From: an uncultured virus (IMG/VR IMGVR_UViG_3300031823_000005)
Lineage: Duplodnaviria > Heunggongvirae > Uroviricota > Caudoviricetes
Direction: 5' to 3' (one strand)
IMG/VR virus record: IMGVR_UViG_3300031823_000005
Length of the DNA: 64,000 bases
A program made the position numbers and the translations under genes. Numbering within the stretch: position 1 is the first letter of the stretch; each line of letters starts with the position of its first letter. This document shows positions 58,780-64,000 of the stretch, in pieces. Below the pieces are notes generated by a model. It ran no database searches. It saw nothing but the letters and a program-made list of their open reading frames with translations, and was not told the DNA's origin.

Positions 58780-61700
58780 TGTCCCGCTCTCGTGACTACC
58801 GCTTGGAGCTGATATGTTCCCGTTCCCGTCCCACAGGCCGTATACCCCGTCGCGTACTGGATGACTGAACCATTCGTCGAGATGTTGAAGTCTCCACTGC
58901 CCCACGCCGCCGCGAGCGAAGTCTGAAAGTGAAAAGTCTGTGATACGGCGTTGATCGCGGAAGCGTCGTCCATACCGAGCGAAACGGCGGAATGCGTCGT
59001 ACCGTTGCTGTCCGTCCAGGTGAGAAGGAAGGTGACGCCGCCCGTTCCAGGAACCGAACACGCCGTGCCTGTCTCGATGAAGGTCCAGCTTATGTGATAC
59101 TGCCCCGCGACATTGCAGGCTCCCGCGCTCGCGGCGCATAGGGTCGCAGTAGAGATAGCTCCGGTGTTCCCGGTGGAATTAATCGGCGCGGGTTGTGCGC
59201 GAATCAGCATCCCCGCCGCGGACGCGCCGTTGGTCTTCGCAAAGAACTCATGCGCCGAGGAGTCGGCGTATACGCCTGCGGTTGCCGAGACGTTCGTGAA
59301 GGCCGCGCTTTCCGCCATGCATAGGAAAGTCCCTGACCCGGTGCAGGCCGGAGCGGTCCCGGTACTGATGGAGGTCGTCGCGTTGAAATTCGCGGCGTTA
59401 ACCGTGAATGTCCCTGCGCTGGTGCCTGAGTGGCCTAGCGTGGCGACGATGGCTGCGTCATTGCCATTTCCCGGCAGCTCGCCAATAGTGAGACAGTCCT
59501 CTACGTCCGCGCTTCCATGCCATGCGCGACCGCAGATCGCCGGAATAGGGGAACCTTGACTCGTACTAGAGGTCGCCGCCGTGGTGTTCTTCCATGCGAA
59601 CATCTGCGCTTCGGCAGTGGTGGTGCTGAAGATGGAGGTGTTCGCGCCCATCGTGAGGGACAGGTTCCCGGTGGGATTGACGTTGGAATTCCACGGGATA
59701 GCAGGCAGGTCGCCCGTAGCGATGGCGCGCGGATTGTAAATGCCAGCGGTTGCCGTGGCGAAGAGCGCCTGTGTCATCGTCGTGGTTGTACTTGTGGTCG
59801 CGGCGGCGATGCTATCCGCTGCGTTCGTACGGATATGTGTGAGCTTCGCCGTGGAGTCGTAATCCACGACGCCATCGGAAGCGGCGGTTGCTCCGGCCTG
59901 CACGGGAACCTTGAACGCGCTCGCGCCGGTCGCGCCGGAGAGGTCGAGAATGCCCGCTGAGGCTGCGGTGATGGTGTTGGATGCGAAGGTGAACGGCACG
60001 ACGCAGCCGAACGCGCCAGAATTGTTATATTGCAGAGCGTTCGCGGTGCCTGTGCAGGGCGTTCCGCCTCCGCCGCCACCAGTAGCGGTCTGGGGGTTCT
60101 CAAGCTGCCACTCCGTACCGTCGTAAATCACCGTGGCAATGGCGTTCGTGGTCAGGTCATTCGCGACAAGTGCGGTACTGCTACCGAATTTTGTGATGGT
60201 CTTTGCGGTCAGGCCATTCACCGCTAGTGTTGGCGCGGAACCCGTGTTGGCTGCAACCGGGAGGAAGTTAACCTGCGTGCCGATGGTCAGAGCGGTCACG
60301 GCAGGCGTGAGCGCAACTACCTGAGCTTGGGCCGTGCCGGTCGCTGCGGCGTACCAGTTCGGCGTAATGTCGCTCGTGCCGATGAGCGAAGGAGCCGGTG
60401 CCGCACTGCTACTGGTGTTATTCCCGAGGAACTGGTGCGCGGAAAAGTTGGCGAACATCGCGCCGGACGCATTGACGCAAGTGAAACCAGTAGTCGTAGA
60501 CCAGCTCTCGATGTTCGCGCAGGTGGAGCCGAAGGACGCGAATGTCGGGACCTTGAGCGTCCACCAGTTGCCCGGAACGCTAGAACTATCGGAGTAGACG
60601 AACGCGGCGAAGGTCGGGAGCAGCGTAGCCGAGCCACCCGTTGCGCTTCCGTCAATCTTGTCGGCGGCGTTCGCGGTCAGCGTTTCGTTCCCGCTATTTA
60701 GATTCTGGGTTACGAATTGGAAATTGGATGCCGTCGCTCCAGTAATTTGCGGGAGCGTCAGCGTGGCCGTGCTGGTCCCGCTCTCCTTGATGTAGTTGAG
60801 CCGATCACTGTAGAGAAGTGAATAATTCCCCGCCTGAGCGTTGACAGGAACGCCTTGCAATCCGCAGGTGGGATCCACCGCCGCGCCAGCGGTGACATTA
60901 AAGAACACCACACACGCGCCGTTCGTGGACGGCGAGGTGACGAGGTTCATATTGCCGGAGCCTTCCGCCACGAGCAGGGAATGCGCGGTCGGGCTGGATA
61001 GGCCCGTGCCGCCGCCAATGGGAGCAATGCGTCCGGTCAGTTCGAATATCTCCTGTCCGCCAGTGGGATTCGACGGCGTGATGGTCCCGCCGATGGCGTT
61101 CGTTGTGCTGGTGAGGAAATTGAGGGAAGTCTGCGTGATGTTATTCGTGCCGTTCGTCTGGAGGGTGATGGAGGAGCCGCCGCCGGTGGATGTCTGGGGA
61201 TTCTGTAACTGCCACTCCGTACCGTCGTAGATGGCGAAGGCGATGGCGTTAGTTGTGAGGTCTCCAGCAGTCAGGGGCGTGCTATTCCCGAACTTTGTAA
61301 TCGACTTGGCGGCGAGCCCGTTGACTGCGAGCGTCGGCGCGGCGCCGGTATTGGCGTTCAAGGGGAGCCAATAGGCTTGCAGACCAGCGACGAGTGAGGT
61401 AGCGGCAGGACTAAGAGTTACGGTCTGAGCCTGGGCCGTGCCGCCGCCAGCCGCATAGAGGTTCGGCGAGATGTCGTTCGTGCCGATGGCGACGGAAGAT
61501 GGAACACCAGCGGTGCTGATGGCGTTAATCCACTGGTGCGCGACCGCTGTGTAGGATTCAATCCCACCGAGCGTGGATGCGGTCGGTGTCGGGAGTTGCG
61601 CGGCGGAGGCGACGCCAGCGAGATTTGTGAAGGATGGCTGCGCGCAGGCAGCTTGAGTGGTCGCGGTCGCGGGAGTGTTGACGAACTGATTCGCGGCACA

Positions 61701-63998
61701 GGCGGAACTGGACAAGCCGAAGGACACGGTTGCACCGTTCTGGCCGAACACCCATTTCTGGTTCGAGGAATCGTACCCTTCTTGGCCGCTCGTCGTGGGC
61801 GCGTATAAGGCGCTGGTCGGGAGGGTGAAGCTAACTGCCGCGCTCATGTTCTGCGCGCCAGTGGACCAAGTGTTTGCTTGATTATTATAGACAATGGTCG
61901 CGGGAAGCTGGCCGGAGGTCGCGGAACCGAAGAGATTGCTGAATGCTGGCTGCGTGCAGGCTGCCGTCGCGGTTCCAGTCGCAGGAGTTGAAACCCATTG
62001 GTTCGCGGAGCAGGCTGCGGAGGAGAGGCCGAAGCTCACCGTTGAGCCGTTCTGGCCGAAGACCCACTTATTCGCCGTGGAATCGTATCCCGGACGACCG
62101 TTAGCGGTGGGAGCAAGCCCCGCGCCAACTGGCATCACTGTCGTCGCGCCACTGTAGTCCCATACGTTCCCGGTCGCGATAAAATTCCCTGAAGTGTTGT
62201 TCGTCGCCGGGGTGAGAGCCGAGAATGCAGTCGCAGCGGTGGCGGAGGAAGTGATGGTGCAATTCGTCGAGACTCCCGCGCTGTCTGTGCAGGTGATTGT
62301 GATGTTCGTCCCAGGGATAAAATTAATAGCGGGCTCTTGCGTCTGCGAAGTTCCGTTGTTCTTTACCGTCTGGTAGAAGGACGCGGAAGCTGGGCAGCCG
62401 GAAGTGGTCGCGCCGCCGAGGGCGTCCGTGCAGAGGGAGGCTCCGGTGCCGGAGACGGTCCCGGCGGAGAGCACTTTCGTGTCGGTGCCTTGGACGCCGG
62501 TGCCGGAAATGGTGCCGTTAAGCACGGGGGAGGTGAGAATCTTGAGGGTGAGCGTATCTGGGGAGTTCCGGTAGACGAACGTATCGTTGACGTCTTGCAA
62601 AGCTTGCGCACGATTCGCAGTGAACGTGCCAGAAATCACATCCTTAAACCCACCACCAAGAATATTTAACGCGAAAGTTCCGATACCACCAGATCCAAGC
62701 GTTGAAGATCCTGCTCGATTGCTCGTTGGAATACTTTGGCCACATCCAAAAGCAAAAGTGTCAACATAATTGGCTCCGAATGGAAGGAAAGCAGTACCAC
62801 TACATCCCACTGGTATATTTGCAAGAGCACATCCACCAGTTAACACACTGCAACGATACGGTTTCCATCCAACTGCCCCAACCGGAGCGGCCGGAGGAGT
62901 TACAGTAATAGTTTGGGTTCCCGGAGTTGGAGTGACTTGATTCGAAGCCGGCCCTACAGAACTTTCGTTTCCGTTAACGTCTTCTACTGTTACATAGTAA
63001 AAAATATTTCCGGCGTTTGTTGGTACACTTCCACCAGAACTAAGCGCAATTGTCGAAGCCACATTGTTCTGAATCGGGTATATAAACTCACCAGCACCAT
63101 TCACAGCTACAGCGTTGTTAGAAAAATATGCTCCAACAATAGAACCAGAGTTTTGGCCGGAAGCTGTTCCCGTAACACTCGCTACAGGATATCCAGTCAT
63201 ATTTCCATAGCCTATTCCGGCACCAAAAGTAATTCCGTTAAACACCACATTGATATCCGCGCAAGGATCGAGATTTTCAAAAATATTCATCTGCGTCGTA
63301 TCCATCTCGACTTGCGTAAGAAGAACGTTTCCACCAACACAACCACCGCCTATGTGCGGAGCAAACGTGAGGAACGGTGTAATTCCACCTTGTACGTGAT
63401 TGATGCCAGTAACCTGAACCTGAATGCCAGCGGATGACCCAATGTAGTAAATCCCGCGGTCCTGAACAGACATATTGTTGAAAGTTATATCCCCAACATT
63501 CAGGATGGCTGCGGGAGTAGAAGTGGATCCGATAAAACCACTGCCTGCCTGACCGGGACCAGAGTTCAAAGCAATGTGATCAAGGTCATACCAAAAGCCG
63601 CCGCGCATCTGAAGAGGCGTGCTCATGTAATCTGTTGGCGACTGATCATCAAAATTTAGATTTTTGAAATGTCCTTGAGATCCCCCATTATCTACAAATA
63701 AACCAGTTCCACCATTTCCGTCGATTAGGTACCTGATCCCTTCTTGATAATTGAAACCCTGCCCATCAATCACACCAGGATTAGCACGATGAGATTCGAT
63801 AGTTCCGCCAGTTACCCATCCAAAAGATGAAGCGTCAAATGCCTGTGGCCCATTAAGCCCATAGAAACGCAACCCCTGACCGAACAACGTTTCATTGAGA
63901 TAAAGATTGGCGCCGGCCAACGCAAAAGACGGACCGAACGGAATATTTGTAAAAGAATTGACGACATATCCTCCTGGCGGAAAATAAACAAGTCCATC
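58776..63998 (-). CDS. tail fibre/spike-like protein (5' end beyond the window)
   Basis: frame open to the window edge, with pectate-lyase-like VYFPPGGYVV; internal duplications (KWVFGQNG.. twice; YDGTEWQL.NPQT twice). Confidence 0.75.
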   Translation of the reverse strand, partial: DGLVYFPPGGYVVNSFTNIPFGPSFALAGANLYLNETLFGQGLRFYGLNGPQAFDASSFGWVTGGTIESHRANPGVIDGQGFNYQEGIRYLIDGNGGTGLFVDNGGSQGHFKNLNFDDQSPTDYMSTPLQMRGGFWYDLDHIALNSGPGQAGSGFIGSTSTPAAILNVGDITFNNMSVQDRGIYYIGSSAGIQVQVTGINHVQGGITPFLTFAPHIGGGCVGGNVLLTQVEMDTTQMNIFENLDPCADINVVFNGITFGAGIGYGNMTGYPVASVTGTASGQNSGSIVGAYFSNNAVAVNGAGEFIYPIQNNVASTIALSSGGSVPTNAGNIFYYVTVEDVNGNESSVGPASNQVTPTPGTQTITVTPPAAPVGAVGWKPYRCSVLTGGCALANIPVGCSGTAFLPFGANYVDTFAFGCGQSIPTSNRAGSSTLGSGGIGTFALNILGGGFKDVISGTFTANRAQALQDVNDTFVYRNSPDTLTLKILTSPVLNGTISGTGVQGTDTKVLSAGTVSGTGASLCTDALGGATTSGCPASASFYQTVKNNGTSQTQEPAINFIPGTNITITCTDSAGVSTNCTITSSATAATAFSALTPATNNTSGNFIATGNVWDYSGATTVMPVGAGLAPTANGRPGYDSTANKWVFGQNGSTVSFGLSSAACSANQWVSTPATGTATAACTQPAFSNLFGSATSGQLPATIVYNNQANTWSTGAQNMSAAVSFTLPTSALYAPTTSGQEGYDSSNQKWVFGQNGATVSFGLSSSACAANQFVNTPATATTQAACAQPSFTNLAGVASAAQLPTPTASTLGGIESYTAVAHQWINAISTAGVPSSVAIGTNDISPNLYAAGGGTAQAQTVTLSPAATSLVAGLQAYWLPLNANTGAAPTLAVNGLAAKSITKFGNSTPLTAGDLTTNAIAFAIYDGTEWQLQNPQTSTGGGSSITLQTNGTNNITQTSLNFLTSTTNAIGGTITPSNPTGGQEIFELTGRIAPIGGGTGLSSPTAHSLLVAEGSGNMNLVTSPSTNGACVVFFNVTAGAAVDPTCGLQGVPVNAQAGNYSLLYSDRLNYIKESGTSTATLTLPQITGATASNFQFVTQNLNSGNETLTANAADKIDGSATGGSATLLPTFAAFVYSDSSSVPGNWWTLKVPTFASFGSTCANIESWSTTTGFTCVNASGAMFANFSAHQFLGNNTSSSAAPAPSLIGTSDITPNWYAAATGTAQAQVVALTPAVTALTIGTQVNFLPVAANTGSAPTLAVNGLTAKTITKFGSSTALVANDLTTNAIATVIYDGTEWQLENPQTATGGGGGGTPCTGTANALQYNNSGAFGCVVPFTFASNTITAASAGILDLSGATGASAFKVPVQAGATAASDGVVDYDSTAKLTHIRTNAADSIAAATTSTTTTMTQALFATATAGIYNPRAIATGDLPAIPWNSNVNPTGNLSLTMGANTSIFSTTTAEAQMFAWKNTTAATSSTSQGSPIPAICGRAWHGSADVEDCLTIGELPGNGNDAAIVATLGHSGTSAGTFTVNAANFNATTSISTGTAPACTGSGTFLCMAESAAFTNVSATAGVYADSSAHEFFAKTNGASAAGMLIRAQPAPINSTGNTGAISTATLCAASAGACNVAGQYHISWTFIETGTACSVPGTGGVTFLLTWTDSNGTTHSAVSLGMDDASAINAVSQTFHFQTSLAAAWGSGDFNISTNGSVIQYATGYTACGTGTGTYQLQAVVTRAGQ

Positions 63999-64000
63999 AC

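Noticed and set aside
58780..59139. N-terminal extension of ORF 57436-59139
   Set aside because: It overlaps the fibre gene; the likely start is the ATG at 58779 with a signal peptide.
1..64000. tRNA, rRNA, integrase, capsid or terminase genes
   Set aside because: None was recognised by eye; head genes probably lie beyond the window edge. A tRNAscan/Infernal run is needed to exclude RNA genes.

Overview
This window is part of a tailed phage or prophage genome with a podovirus-like tail and ejection module; an Acidobacteriota host is inferred from the XRE regulator type. Layout: (1) + strand accessory genes at 1-13070, including HNH, VWA plus PurA-like, XRE, PspA, a nucleotidase and a HerA-like ATPase; (2) a - strand replication/recombination block at about 13200-33200 with RuvC, RecA, DnaB, an initiator carrying iterons, a C5 methyltransferase, a PD-(D/E)XK nuclease, DUF5131, UvrD and DUF669; (3) a divergent control region near 33300; (4) lysis genes, a 3038-aa polyvalent ejection protein and tail genes to the window edge. 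The standout is a solitary Cas7/RAMP-like gene (6720-7577) flanked by two long non-coding arrays (5920-6673 and 7578-8612), with a third mini-array at 12967-13040. These are not CRISPRs. They are strings of 5-nt modules (two variable bases plus a semi-constant triplet, usually GAC/GAT/CAC/AAC) punctuated by GCGGC at spacings of mostly 5n+3 nt. This suggests an RNA-guided system that reads a gapped, non-contiguous code. All calls were made by eye; no database searches were run.
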